DNA from: Candidatus Bathyarchaeia archaeon
GTDB lineage: Bacteria; Patescibacteriota; Microgenomatia; PFEM01; JAFGMK01
Length of the DNA: 64,000 nt
Reading direction: 5' to 3'
NCBI GenBank assembly: GCA_035529595.1
Contig: DATKWK010000017.1
Location: forward strand, 314,961 to 378,960
The notes under the pieces are model-generated. The model searched no databases and was not told where the DNA came from. It saw only the letters and a program-made list of their open reading frames with translations. The translations under genes were made by a program, and so were the position numbers. Numbering within the stretch: position 1 is the stretch's first letter; each line of letters opens with the position of its first letter. Of the stretch, positions 30,099-39,930 are shown in pieces.

Positions 30099-30695
30099 AT
30101 GAAGAAGATAATAATGATAACCTTAGCGGCATTAATACTTGTTCCCTCTTTTGTATCTGCTCAGGGGACCCAGCAGCAAAAAAGAATTCAAGACCCGTCT
30201 ACTCACGAAAGCGGTACGTCGGTTCCCCAAGGTAATCAGGTCCAGAATCAGGTCCAAGTCCAAACCCAAAATCAAGGAGAAGCCACTCAACTTCAGGTCG
30301 CCACCCAGCAGATGGAACAGCTAATGGAAATGGAGGGTTTGGAGGAAGGGGTTAGCAATCAGGTAAGAACTATTGCTCAAGAACAAGTCCAATCCCAAAT
30401 CCAGATCCAAACTCAAATTAGCCGGCTTGAGTCAAGATCCGGTTTGAGGAAGAGACTTTTTGGGCCGGATTATGGTGCGATTAAGAATCTCAAACAACAA
30501 ATGGATCAGAACGAGCTGAGAATCCAACGGCTCGAACAGCTCCAAAATCAAGTGACTAATCGGGCCGATGAAGCGCAACTGCAGGAAGCGACTCAGGCTT
30601 TGGTTGAGCAAAATACGAACTTGGAGGAGCAGATACAAGCGGAAGAGCAGGTCAGAAGTATTTTTGGCTGGCTGGTTAAGCTCTTTATTATATAG
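30099..30695 (+). CDS. Secreted Gln-rich coiled-coil protein
   Basis: Signal peptide, Q/E-rich helices; AGGAGGTG SD. Confidence 0.75.
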   Translation: MKKIIMITLAALILVPSFVSAQGTQQQKRIQDPSTHESGTSVPQGNQVQNQVQVQTQNQGEATQLQVATQQMEQLMEMEGLEEGVSNQVRTIAQEQVQSQIQIQTQISRLESRSGLRKRLFGPDYGAIKNLKQQMDQNELRIQRLEQLQNQVTNRADEAQLQEATQALVEQNTNLEEQIQAEEQVRSIFGWLVKLFII

Positions 30696-30724
30696 TGATA
30701 ATCCAATCAGAGGAGGTGATTTTT

Positions 30725-30997
30725 TTGAGCGGAAAAAAACATTTTACTGCTGATGAAGCTAAGGAAATCGGCGGGCAGCTGGGGATTAAGTGGGATAAGT
30801 TTGATGTTGACCAGTTTAGGAGAGGAATGGATGTCGAGCTAGAGCACGGTTTGGCTGATCCGCACACGAATGTCAGCAACGACGACCCACTGGTCACCGG
30901 GAAAATTGCCCTGGCCCATCTGAATGAATTTCCCGATTACTACACCAGGCTTGAAAAGATGGAAAAAGAAGCCGATAACTTTTGGGGTAAAAGTTAA
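30725..30997 (+). CDS. DUF5661-like protein
   Basis: GMDVELEHG, KIALAHLNEFPDYYTRL; SD before TTG 30725. Confidence 0.75.
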   Translation: MSGKKHFTADEAKEIGGQLGIKWDKFDVDQFRRGMDVELEHGLADPHTNVSNDDPLVTGKIALAHLNEFPDYYTRLEKMEKEADNFWGKS

Positions 30998-31010
30998 AAA
31001 AAGAGCGGTT

Positions 31011-31470
31011 TTAATCCAGGTAAAGTGGCAGGCTTCGTATCAATTTTGAAACTTCTTTAGCTTTCTTAATGTGTTGGAGTGCTTTTTCATTAACGACATG
31101 AGTTAATTTATTGTCGGGGTACTTCTTTTCAAGTCCGAGTAATATTTGATCAAGCTGTTCGTAAGTAAGCCCCATGGCCTTTTCCCATGGTTGGTTGCCA
31201 TAGATGTCTCCGGATGATTTTTTTTGAGTTATCTCTTGAGGAACGCCAATGCTGATTGCCAGCTCTTTTATTTGCGATTTATATAAGTGTCTTAGAATGG
31301 CTATATCACAGGCGCCGTCGCTATGAGGGTCAAAGAGACCAATCGAGTATTCCGATTTGTCAAGAGTACCAATACCGCGTAATTATGAAGCCAGGCATAA
31401 ATAATATAAATGCACCATTCTCGCTCTTGCCTTAGTAAGCGAAAAGGCGTTCATTTTATACATTTCCTTA
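31011..31470 (-). pseudogene. nadE: NAD(+) synthetase C-terminal remnant
   Basis: Minus strand reads KARARMVHLY / GTLDKSEYSIGLF..DGACDIA...LYKSQIKELA...G.TYEQLD across a frame break; N-terminus not recognisable. Confidence 0.75.
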
Positions 31471-31588
31471 CTTCTGAGTTTGAATAATAATGGCAGCTCT
31501 TCCAATCCGTACATTTCTTAGATAGTCTTCAACCTGCTCTTCACTTGGAATGCGCCCTGAAGCTTCAGACGTAGTCAGACACCATTGA

Positions 31589-32551
31589 CTAGGGAAGTAT
31601 AAATGCTTCTTGGAGGTCTGGTACAAGATCTATATCTTGGGCAGTAAGTGTAAATTGTCCTAGCACTTTTCCGGTAGTGGTGGTGTTTTTTACATCAAGA
31701 TAGAGTAGAAGGTTTGCTTCTTCGTCAACACAGAAATCGAATATCCGATATTCATCTTTTACTATTTTGCACTTCGTAGAGTAGCCGGCAATCTCACGTT
31801 TACCGTTTTGCTCTTGGGCTCGTTCAAGATTTGTAATTTCAGGTAGAAGCTTACTTAAGATACGGGAATCTAGGAGACTGTTGAGAAACTCGGTAAGGGG
31901 AATCGGTGTTTGGATTTCTGCTTCAAGAAATTTTGGTAAAGCTTGATAGCATTCTGGTGGTTCGGCTGCGGTAACATTACAACTAGAATAACCGCTACCG
32001 TCAAATAAGTAAATTGTTTTGTATTCGATATTTTCCCGGTTTGTATTGAAATCAACTCGCCATCTAAAGGGATCAGGGGCAACGTATACTACTAGGGAAT
32101 TGGAAGATGACGGGCTTGCGACAGAGTCAAAAAAGGTATAGTTGGTTTTTGCTGGACTCTTTACCCATTTTTCTGCGAAACGTTCGGCTTCTTTTAAAAA
32201 TGCCCTGGGAGGCTCGGGAACTATTCCTCCTGTCATTTCACCGGTTGCCGGTCTGGCGAAACGAGAGGCCATCTTCACAAATTCAGAAAGGGCAGATAAT
32301 GTGGCCGGAGCTGGTGGTGCGGGAGTTGATGGTGTTTGGGGGTTTTGTTTCCCTAGCCGTTGGTTTTGAGAAACTGCAAAACCAATTAACCCTAGAAGGA
32401 TTAAAAATAAGGCTATTATTCCAGCCATCAAGCTAGACTTTTTTATGGGAACCTTAGGATTTTGAGTATCAAATTGAGGGTTTTCTTGAAGAGCAGTTTG
32501 AGTTTCAGTCAGCCTAGTCTTACTGTCATTTAGTCTTGTTTCTTGTTCCAT
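31589..32551 (-). CDS. Membrane-anchored beta-rich protein
   Basis: TM, Pro-rich linker, LolA-like beta pattern. Confidence 0.65.
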   Translation of the reverse strand: MEQETRLNDSKTRLTETQTALQENPQFDTQNPKVPIKKSSLMAGIIALFLILLGLIGFAVSQNQRLGKQNPQTPSTPAPPAPATLSALSEFVKMASRFARPATGEMTGGIVPEPPRAFLKEAERFAEKWVKSPAKTNYTFFDSVASPSSSNSLVVYVAPDPFRWRVDFNTNRENIEYKTIYLFDGSGYSSCNVTAAEPPECYQALPKFLEAEIQTPIPLTEFLNSLLDSRILSKLLPEITNLERAQEQNGKREIAGYSTKCKIVKDEYRIFDFCVDEEANLLLYLDVKNTTTTGKVLGQFTLTAQDIDLVPDLQEAFILP

Positions 32552-32701
32552 AGCCTATTCTACTGTAGCATAATCTTTTTGCTCATACCAGAACTATGTC
32601 TTAAAAGCTGAAAATCTACTGGTGGTCATTCGCAAGATTTGCTAAAGTTTAAGCTAGTTGAAAGTCCATGAAAAATTGCTGTTCTAAAAAATAATGTAGG
32701 T

Positions 32702-33009
32702 ATGAACAAAGTAAAAGTTTTAATTGAGGGCTATGCCAGAGAGATAAAAGATGGTTTCGTCGCTTCGTCGACGACTGTCTTGATTAAGAGTAACGGGAAA
32801 CGAATCGTTGTGGATCCGGGAATAAACAGGAAATTGCTGCTTGCAAAACTTAGAAAAGAGGGTTTGAAATTAGAAGATATTGATTTTGTTTATATGACCC
32901 ATTACCACTTGTGAAGAACGAGAAGTTACTGATCGGAAGTCGCAAGAGGATCTTGAAAATTGCGGATTGGATTATCCCCGGTCACGGAAGAATGTTTAGG
33001 AATAAATAA
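32702..33009 (+). pseudogene. Metallo-beta-lactamase-fold protein with an internal deletion
   Basis: N-terminal VVDPG..THYH then stop; C-terminal ADWIIPGHG in another frame. Confidence 0.75.
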
Positions 33010-33028
33010 AACAAAGGATCATCAAATT

Positions 33029-33277
33029 ATGAGTATCTGGACTAAAAATATTTTGCGTTTTAAACTGGTAAGAGTTTCAATCGCTATTGGAGTGATTACG
33101 CTGCTAATATTTTATCTGATTGATTATAACTCTGTTGAAAATAAATGCAGACGCCAGATAAATAAATCAAGCTCTTATTTGCCGATACGATCCTCAAATA
33201 AATTACAGGAGTTGCAACTTGATACGGTAAAAAATCAACTAGAAGAGGAATGTATTAATAATAACGGCGTGCGCTAA
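33029..33277 (+). CDS. Small membrane-anchored hypothetical protein
   Basis: TM plus two Cys. Confidence 0.5.
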   Translation: MSIWTKNILRFKLVRVSIAIGVITLLIFYLIDYNSVENKCRRQINKSSSYLPIRSSNKLQELQLDTVKNQLEEECINNNGVR

Positions 33278-33296
33278 TTGATATAAAAATAATTTT

Positions 33297-33557
33297 ATGG
33301 ATAAGTTTCTCAATTCTTATTGGTTTATTCTGGAAGAAACGTGGTCTCAGCTTTCTTTCCTAATTAATAAAAAGCCATCAGAGGAATATGAGTATAGTTT
33401 TTTTGCTGTCAACAAGAATGGTGGTTACCAGTCTTCAGTAATCTATAAGCAAAATGAGATATTTAATTATTGGGTTCCGGAACGTATGCAGCCTTGTGAA
33501 TTTTCTCAGGCTTTCTCAGGAAAGTATCCCGAGATAGTGAAATTAACAAATCCTTGA
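33297..33557 (+). CDS. Hypothetical protein (possibly a fragment)
   Basis: ORF only. Confidence 0.4.
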   Translation: MDKFLNSYWFILEETWSQLSFLINKKPSEEYEYSFFAVNKNGGYQSSVIYKQNEIFNYWVPERMQPCEFSQAFSGKYPEIVKLTNP

Positions 33558-33629
33558 TGGTTTTTTAGTGGCGGAACTTTTTTATCTCTTTAAAACCCTG
33601 TTAGATTTTTATTCTGATAAAATCGAAAT

Positions 33630-34139
33630 ATGAAAATACTTGTATTTACAGAAGGCACTATTTTAATGCATTCGTCTGCCAAAAGCTTGATTAGAGAGCA
33701 GAGAGTTGAACAATCGAAAGCAAGATCGGAATTGTTGCCTACCCGCTTTTTTATGGAAGAGATTCCCAATGGTAATGCAGTTAAAAAATTAAAGGTTTGG
33801 AAAAATCAAGGTGCAGAGATTTTTTATCTGACCTCAAGAACTACACAAAAACAAATAGGTGATATCAAAAATATTCTTAAAAAATATCACTTTCCAGATA
33901 ATAAAAACTTGTTTTTTCGTAAAAAGGGAGAACAATATAAAGATGTAGCTGAGAAACTAATGCCTGATATTTTAATAGAGGATGACTGTGAGAGTATTGG
34001 TGGTATGTCAGAAATGACTTATCCACACATCCGAAAAGATTTAAAATCTAAGATAAAATCAATTGTTGTCAAAGAATTTGGGGGAGTAGGCCACTTACCA
34101 AGTGATTTAGAAGAACTGCAAAATTATGATTCGAAATAA
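33630..34139 (+). CDS. HAD-like protein
   Basis: FTEGT, LTSR, IEDD motifs. Confidence 0.65.
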   Translation: MKILVFTEGTILMHSSAKSLIREQRVEQSKARSELLPTRFFMEEIPNGNAVKKLKVWKNQGAEIFYLTSRTTQKQIGDIKNILKKYHFPDNKNLFFRKKGEQYKDVAEKLMPDILIEDDCESIGGMSEMTYPHIRKDLKSKIKSIVVKEFGGVGHLPSDLEELQNYDSK

Positions 34140-34524
34140 AGCGTATAAAACATGAAGAGTTGTTCTCTCAATAAATTTCATTATTTTTCTTACTCATTTT
34201 CTAAAAGATATCACTCAAGACGTATCAAAAATTTCTGCCACTTTTTTGGCTAACTTACCTAGTCCTAGATTTTAATTATTAAAGTAATTTACGATGGAAA
34301 AAATTAATTTGGACTTATCACAATAGAATCGGTTTGTAAAAAACGATGATTGTTAATAAGATTAGACTCTGATCAAAATCTATAATAGAAATTTAATCCC
34401 GAAACGGAGATCCCGACGCTTCGGGATGGAAAGTTTATATGTTAAGGGGAGTCAGTTCTAAAAATCGTCCTAGGCAACGTAGCTCATAGGATAGGATTTA
34501 ACTTTTTGTTATACTTCCGTTAAG

Positions 34525-35259
34525 ATGAGTTTTATCCCACTTAGTGAAACCAAAAATATACTCCGAAGAATTGGAAAGTATTGGATAGTTTTTACAGGTG
34601 ACTCAATTACCAGCTGCGAGTGGGTTCACCCGAATTGGAGAGATATTGTTATTTATGTCCTTCGAGAAGAATTGACTGTATTTTTAAAAGGCGATTGGAA
34701 AACTTCTGAATGGGAAGTAAAAGGCTTTAATTTTGCCTATGACGGAGCAACAACAAAAGATATCTTAGAAAAAATTGATAACATTCTCTTGATTAAACCT
34801 CAGCTTGTAATTGGACTTATGGGTGGAAACGACCCTGTTTTAGGAGTCAGTATTAATGAATCTATCAATAACATCCAAAAGATTTCAACGTTAGTTACGA
34901 ATTTAGGTTCAAAACTTATTTGGTGTACTTCTACACCGGCCGGGAAGGGTTCAATGAAAAATCCAGAATATGAACCATACTCTAAGGCTTTCATGGAAAT
35001 TCCCGACAAAAGAAATTTTTTTAAGGTGGATATGTTTAATCTCTATCAAAATTTTCCTACGGACAAATTTTTTACTTTTTTATCTGAGGAAAATCCGGTG
35101 GAAGGAATCAAGGAGGGCGAACCTGATTTACAACATCCCAACCAGCTAGGTAATGCTTATATCGCAAAGGTTATTCTCGAAAAAGTATTCGGAATTATTT
35201 TTGACCCTGAAAAATACATTAAAGAAACTTTTCAAGGTAAAAAGTACCCTGGTTATTAA
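34525..35259 (+). CDS. SGNH/GDSL hydrolase
   Basis: GDSIT, GGND, D.QHPN. Confidence 0.85.
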   Translation: MSFIPLSETKNILRRIGKYWIVFTGDSITSCEWVHPNWRDIVIYVLREELTVFLKGDWKTSEWEVKGFNFAYDGATTKDILEKIDNILLIKPQLVIGLMGGNDPVLGVSINESINNIQKISTLVTNLGSKLIWCTSTPAGKGSMKNPEYEPYSKAFMEIPDKRNFFKVDMFNLYQNFPTDKFFTFLSEENPVEGIKEGEPDLQHPNQLGNAYIAKVILEKVFGIIFDPEKYIKETFQGKKYPGY

Positions 35260-35362
35260 GAATCCGGAAATCGTCCCACTCTGCAAAGTTCAAACCAGTA
35301 TGTAAAGCGAGCTGATAAGCGAATATTTTGCTGGAAAGATGTTTTGTAGTATAATTACTAAC

Positions 35363-35437
35363 ATGTTTGGATCGCTCTCTACAATTAAATACCCAGCTAT
35401 GCTCGTTGGTAACGAGATTTTTTTGCTGGTTTCGTAG
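35363..35437 (+). CDS. Putative 24-aa leader peptide (MFGSLSTIKYPAMLVGNEIFLLVS)
   Basis: Starts 7 nt after TATAAT; its 3' end is complementary to the terminator 5' strand. Confidence 0.55.
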   Translation: MFGSLSTIKYPAMLVGNEIFLLVS

Positions 35438-35479
35438 AGAGAAGATTAAAAAACCAAATAGAAGTTAAGAAGAAACGAG

Positions 35480-35503
35480 ACCAGCCAAAAAGGCTGGTTT
35501 TTT
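35480..35503 (+). terminator. Attenuator terminator before the MFS gene
   Basis: ACCAGCC-AAAAA-GGCTGGT followed by a T-tract. Confidence 0.75.
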
Positions 35504-35516
35504 GGTTATAGTAATT

Positions 35517-36737
35517 ATGGCTATGCTGAGTAAAATTTCAAACGATAAAATAAAAAGTACCGTTTGGCGCTATTATCTCTTTTGTTTCCTGAAAAATTTT
35601 GCCTTTTTTTCAGCGGTACTGGTGCCTTTCTTTACCCAGTGGGGACAGATTTCTCTGACTCAGGTACAGGTTCTTCAATCTTGGTTTATGTTTTGGATAT
35701 TTCTATTGGAGGTACCGACCGGGGCAATCGCCGATTATCTGGGCCGTAAGCATTCTCTTGCCTTGGGAGCAATAATTGCAACTGTTGCCGCTCTGGTTTA
35801 TGGGAGTGTTCCTCGGTTTGCCGTATTCTTGCTGGGGGAGTTTCTTTTTGCAATGTCGGCGGCGCTAATTTCCGGAGCGGATAGTGCCTTACTTTACGAT
35901 ACGTTGAAAGAAGCCGGTAAAGAAGATGAGAGTAAAAAGATATTTGGAAGAGCCCATACTTTTCATTTGCTGGGAGTCTTTATTTCCGCGCCTTTAGGCA
36001 GTCTGATTGCGTCACACTTTAAACTGAACGCGCCCATGCTCTTTTCAGCGATTCCAATGATACTGGCAGCTCTGATAGCTTGGAGTATAAAAGAACCTGT
36101 TGTTCGCGGAAAGACTTCGGAGTCAAAACGCTACCTTGATATAGCCAAGAAAGGATTTTCCTACTTTCGTAACCACAAAACTCTGCGGCTACTGGCTTTT
36201 GATGCCATAATTGTTGCCTCTGCCGCCTATTTTGTTATTTGGCTATATCAGCCATTGTTCATAAGCATGAAAGTTCCGGTTGTTTATTTTGGTTGGTTTC
36301 ATGCTTCGTTGGTGGGAATAGAAATGCTTATAGCCAGTAACTTTGTTCGTTTAGAGAAACTGTTTGGTTCAGGGAAAGCATATTTGAGATTTACCGCGGT
36401 TATCACGAGCGTTGCTTTTCTCATAACAGCTGCTTTCCCCAATATCGTTACCGTTATTCTGCTAATCGTCTTGGCTGGAGGATTCGGTCTTACCAGGCTT
36501 GAGTTAATGTCTGCTTATATGAACAGATTTATACCTTCCGAGCAAAGGGCGACTGTTCTTTCTTCGATCTCTATGTTCAGGAGATTCACTTTAGTGTTTC
36601 TAAACCCGGTCATCGGTTTTACGGCCGATCATTCGTTAAGATTTGCTCTTATAGTAGTTGGTTTATTGCCTTGGTTGGTATTTCTTTTTTCCCCTCTGGA
36701 ACAAGAGGTATTCGAACCGGCTAAGAAAAGGACATAG
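35517..36737 (+). CDS. MFS transporter
   Basis: EVPTGAIADYLGRK, SGADSALLYD; about 12 TMs. Confidence 0.9.
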   Translation: MAMLSKISNDKIKSTVWRYYLFCFLKNFAFFSAVLVPFFTQWGQISLTQVQVLQSWFMFWIFLLEVPTGAIADYLGRKHSLALGAIIATVAALVYGSVPRFAVFLLGEFLFAMSAALISGADSALLYDTLKEAGKEDESKKIFGRAHTFHLLGVFISAPLGSLIASHFKLNAPMLFSAIPMILAALIAWSIKEPVVRGKTSESKRYLDIAKKGFSYFRNHKTLRLLAFDAIIVASAAYFVIWLYQPLFISMKVPVVYFGWFHASLVGIEMLIASNFVRLEKLFGSGKAYLRFTAVITSVAFLITAAFPNIVTVILLIVLAGGFGLTRLELMSAYMNRFIPSEQRATVLSSISMFRRFTLVFLNPVIGFTADHSLRFALIVVGLLPWLVFLFSPLEQEVFEPAKKRT

Positions 36738-36765
36738 GATTTATTCTATATGCTACAATTTGGCC

Positions 36766-37266
36766 ATGAAGATTCGCTATATTGTCTGTGGGATCATCCA
36801 AAACGGAACTAAAATTGTCCTCGGAAAGAAGGCAAAAGGTGAATTTCCGTATCCTGATGTTTGGCATACAGCCGGAGGCGGGGCTGAAGATATCAAGCTG
36901 GCAAAAAGACTCTATGAAGTCGGTGATTATGATAATAAATATTTCCATAGTGAGCTCCGGAGAGAACTTAAGGAAGAGTTAAATATTGAAGTTACCAACA
37001 TTAAATGTATCGTCCCACAATATCGCTCCCAGGTCCGCCAAGATAAAACCGAGAATAAAAAGCGCGTAATGACCCACTACTATTTTTTAGAATATCTCTG
37101 TGACTACGCCGGCGGTGAATTGAGACCAGGAGATGATTTGGCAGAAGCTGAATGGTTTGAAAAAAGTAAACTGGTCTTAGTTCGCCTCACGCCCCCAAGT
37201 AAAGATCTTTATCGGGAATTAGGCTGGATTAAGGGCAAGTGCCTGCTGGAGAGCCTTATATTTTAA
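36766..37266 (+). CDS. NUDIX hydrolase
   Basis: AGGG...RRELKEELN Nudix box with an insertion. Confidence 0.8.
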   Translation: MKIRYIVCGIIQNGTKIVLGKKAKGEFPYPDVWHTAGGGAEDIKLAKRLYEVGDYDNKYFHSELRRELKEELNIEVTNIKCIVPQYRSQVRQDKTENKKRVMTHYYFLEYLCDYAGGELRPGDDLAEAEWFEKSKLVLVRLTPPSKDLYRELGWIKGKCLLESLIF

Positions 37267-37511
37267 GCCAGTACTTGGCCAAGAATAAAATCGAGATTTC
37301 CGGGCTGCTCTCCGGAAAGGCAGCTTGGTTAGGGAGCGAATATCCCTGGCCATTCGTAGAAACGGATTTTCAGATTAGAGTTGACTCCGAGTTAAAGTAT
37401 CCCAAAATAGCAGCTTACGCGATATTGGGCTTGGCTGCTTTTCTCCTCTGGGCGTCAATCCACGGTACTTATCTTGCGGTACAGCTTTTTAACAAGTTCT
37501 CAAGTTTTTAA
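37239..37511 (+). CDS. Hypothetical membrane protein or fragment
   Basis: C-terminal TM; weak start. Confidence 0.35.
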   Translation: MPAGEPYILSQYLAKNKIEISGLLSGKAAWLGSEYPWPFVETDFQIRVDSELKYPKIAAYAILGLAAFLLWASIHGTYLAVQLFNKFSSF

Positions 37512-37883
37512 AATCCCTTATAAATTCTGTCCATTACTTTACCCGTTCCATCTACGCGGCATTCAAAAAAGCCCGGATAATAGGTGGTACAATGGTACTC
37601 AGATTAATGGGGATTAGGGACTGAAAAATACAGTACTGAAACTTTTTTCGATGTATAAGAAATAATCTACACTGTATATCCTTTGGGGAATTTTACCACA
37701 TAAGTGATGTCCGATAATTAAGATTACTAAGAAGACACAAAACTCGACCTTCATAGCCGCTATCTGCAATTGAATATGTTTATTTAAAGGAGTCTGGATT
37801 TCGGCTATAATCAGCGTACGGAATTAAAATGAAAAGGCTGTTTTTTAATCTCAACTGTTAACAATAAAGTGCTAAAAAATCAA

Positions 37884-38852
37884 ATGAAAATTGCTAAAAC
37901 CAAAACTATTAGAATCGTTCCCAAGGCACCTTTCGATTTTGATTCTACCTTTCATAAGCCGGATCATTTCACTTCAGGTGATAATCACTGGGTGCCGGGT
38001 ATCCGTTGGCAGACTTACTATTGGCAAGGTAGAAAATTAGGCTTGAAATTTGAAGATAAGGGGGAAGTTAATTCACCTGAAATTATGGTTACTATTTATG
38101 TTAATTTTAAACCGGAGAATAAACTCGTAAGTTCTCTAATAGAAGAGCTTAAATATCGGTATAATCTTGATTTAAACCTGTCCGGCTTTTATAAAGCTTT
38201 TGCCCACGACAAAACTCTTGGCCCGGTTATTAAGCGCTGGCGGGGAATGCGGCCCGGTCATTCCAATTCCCTTTACGAATATCTGATTATCGGTATTGTT
38301 CTCCAGAATGCTACCGTCAAGCGCTCAATTCAGATGTTCCAAGCGCTTTTGGAAAATTACGGCACCCTACTTGAGTTTGACGGCCAAAAACTCTGGTGTT
38401 TCTGGCGGCCAGGCGGCCTAAAGAATGTAACCGAGGAGGAGCTAAGAAGTTTAAAAATTGGCTACCGGGCTAAGTTCATTAAACGGATCGATGACTATTT
38501 TACCAGTGGTAAAATTGACGAACTGGATTTGAGGAAAAAAGACCGGGAAATCCAAATGGAAGAACTGCTTGAATTATACGGTGTTGGACCGGCGACGGTC
38601 TGGTATCTGCTTTTCGATGTTTTTCATCACTGGAACTTTTTTAATCATATTTCTCCTTGGGAACAAAAGATTTATTCTAAATTGTTTTTTAATAGAGACC
38701 CGGAAAATCCTGTTCCGGTTAAAAAGATACTTAAATACTTTAAGAAATTTGGTAACTTTAAACGGCTGGCCGTTCATTATATCTGGGAAGATTTATGGTG
38801 GAAACGAAAAGAAAAGCATCTACCCTGGCTGGAAAAACTGATCAGGATTTAA
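37884..38852 (+). CDS. HhH-GPD DNA glycosylase (AlkA/Ogg-like)
   Basis: IVLQN, LKIGYRAK, HhH LYGVGPAT. Confidence 0.8.
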   Translation: MKIAKTKTIRIVPKAPFDFDSTFHKPDHFTSGDNHWVPGIRWQTYYWQGRKLGLKFEDKGEVNSPEIMVTIYVNFKPENKLVSSLIEELKYRYNLDLNLSGFYKAFAHDKTLGPVIKRWRGMRPGHSNSLYEYLIIGIVLQNATVKRSIQMFQALLENYGTLLEFDGQKLWCFWRPGGLKNVTEEELRSLKIGYRAKFIKRIDDYFTSGKIDELDLRKKDREIQMEELLELYGVGPATVWYLLFDVFHHWNFFNHISPWEQKIYSKLFFNRDPENPVPVKKILKYFKKFGNFKRLAVHYIWEDLWWKRKEKHLPWLEKLIRI

Positions 38853-38924
38853 AAGCAGCAGTATACTGAAATTAGATAATGGCCTAAAATTAGATTAATT
38901 GATGGTCTTTGGCCAAGAATAATC

Positions 38925-39371
38925 ATGACAAAAAAAAGCGTTAAAATCATATTGATCCTTTTTTTCGCCATCGCTTTGGTAGCTTCTATTGCGGGAGTGG
39001 ATTTCAACCCGGGGGCGGTTCCTGAAGAGATATTCAGACAATGGAAGGGAAAACCTACCATGCCGATGTCTAAAGGGAATTATCTTATCAGTCCTCCTGG
39101 ACTTTATGCTATTAAATTTGACAAGTTTTTATTTCTGCCTCTTGGTTTTTTTGATGGCTACTGGAAACTAAGTAGCGGTGTCAGTTTTTCCTTATGGTTT
39201 ATGTGGCTAAACGTTATTGAATTTCTGTCAGTTATTGCATGGTGGATGATACTATCTATCGGAATTTACCAAATTATTAAGAGATTGCTTGATACCAAGG
39301 TTGTTGTCCCCCCAAGGCGCGACATACTGCTAAGAAAATTTCGTGCTAAAATAGCTGGTAGGAGGCAATAA
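38925..39371 (+). CDS. Hypothetical membrane protein
   Basis: Hydrophobic segments. Confidence 0.55.
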   Translation: MTKKSVKIILILFFAIALVASIAGVDFNPGAVPEEIFRQWKGKPTMPMSKGNYLISPPGLYAIKFDKFLFLPLGFFDGYWKLSSGVSFSLWFMWLNVIEFLSVIAWWMILSIGIYQIIKRLLDTKVVVPPRRDILLRKFRAKIAGRRQ

Positions 39372-39375
39372 TCAT

Positions 39376-39879
39376 ATGGACAAGAAATATCTCTTTACTG
39401 CTTTAGTTTTGCTTTTTCTGGCGATTCTTGCGGGTGTAATATTTTGGTTTTCCATTAAGTCAAAGCCTGCTTCAATCGAATCACCTGTTCTAACAGCTAG
39501 TCCGATGCCGACACTGATCCCAACGATCGAGCCGACAGTCCTACCTAGTCTGACAGCAACTATCTCGTCTGAAAAACCGGAAGAATCGGCTCTTGAGCAA
39601 ATAAAGCAGGCTTTTGCCCAGAAGTATGAAAAGCCTATTAGTGAAATCGAAGTCACGATCAGTAAAGATACGGGCATCTACGCCAGCGGTGGAATTAAAT
39701 TTGCCGGTGAGATTGGCGGAGCCATGTGGTTGGCCTATGACGAAGACGGAAATTGGCAGTTGGTTTTTGATGGTCAAGGAACAGTACCCTGTTCAGCGGT
39801 TGATCCTTATGATTTTCCGATCGAGATAGTGCCGGAATGCTGGGATGAAGAAGCAGGCAAGCTGGTTACTCGCAGTTAA
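39376..39879 (+). CDS. Membrane-anchored protein with Pro/Thr linker and Cys-pair domain
   Basis: TM, PT-rich stalk, W.LVFDGQG..PC...ECW. Confidence 0.7.
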   Translation: MDKKYLFTALVLLFLAILAGVIFWFSIKSKPASIESPVLTASPMPTLIPTIEPTVLPSLTATISSEKPEESALEQIKQAFAQKYEKPISEIEVTISKDTGIYASGGIKFAGEIGGAMWLAYDEDGNWQLVFDGQGTVPCSAVDPYDFPIEIVPECWDEEAGKLVTRS

Positions 39880-39930
39880 ATTCTGCCATTTGTTATTATT
39901 ATTTAACTTTCAACTTTTTAAGGAGGTTGT

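Noticed and set aside
33503-33519. Additional TTCTCAG direct-repeat box
   Set aside because: It has a 10-bp rather than 11-bp period and lies inside an ORF.
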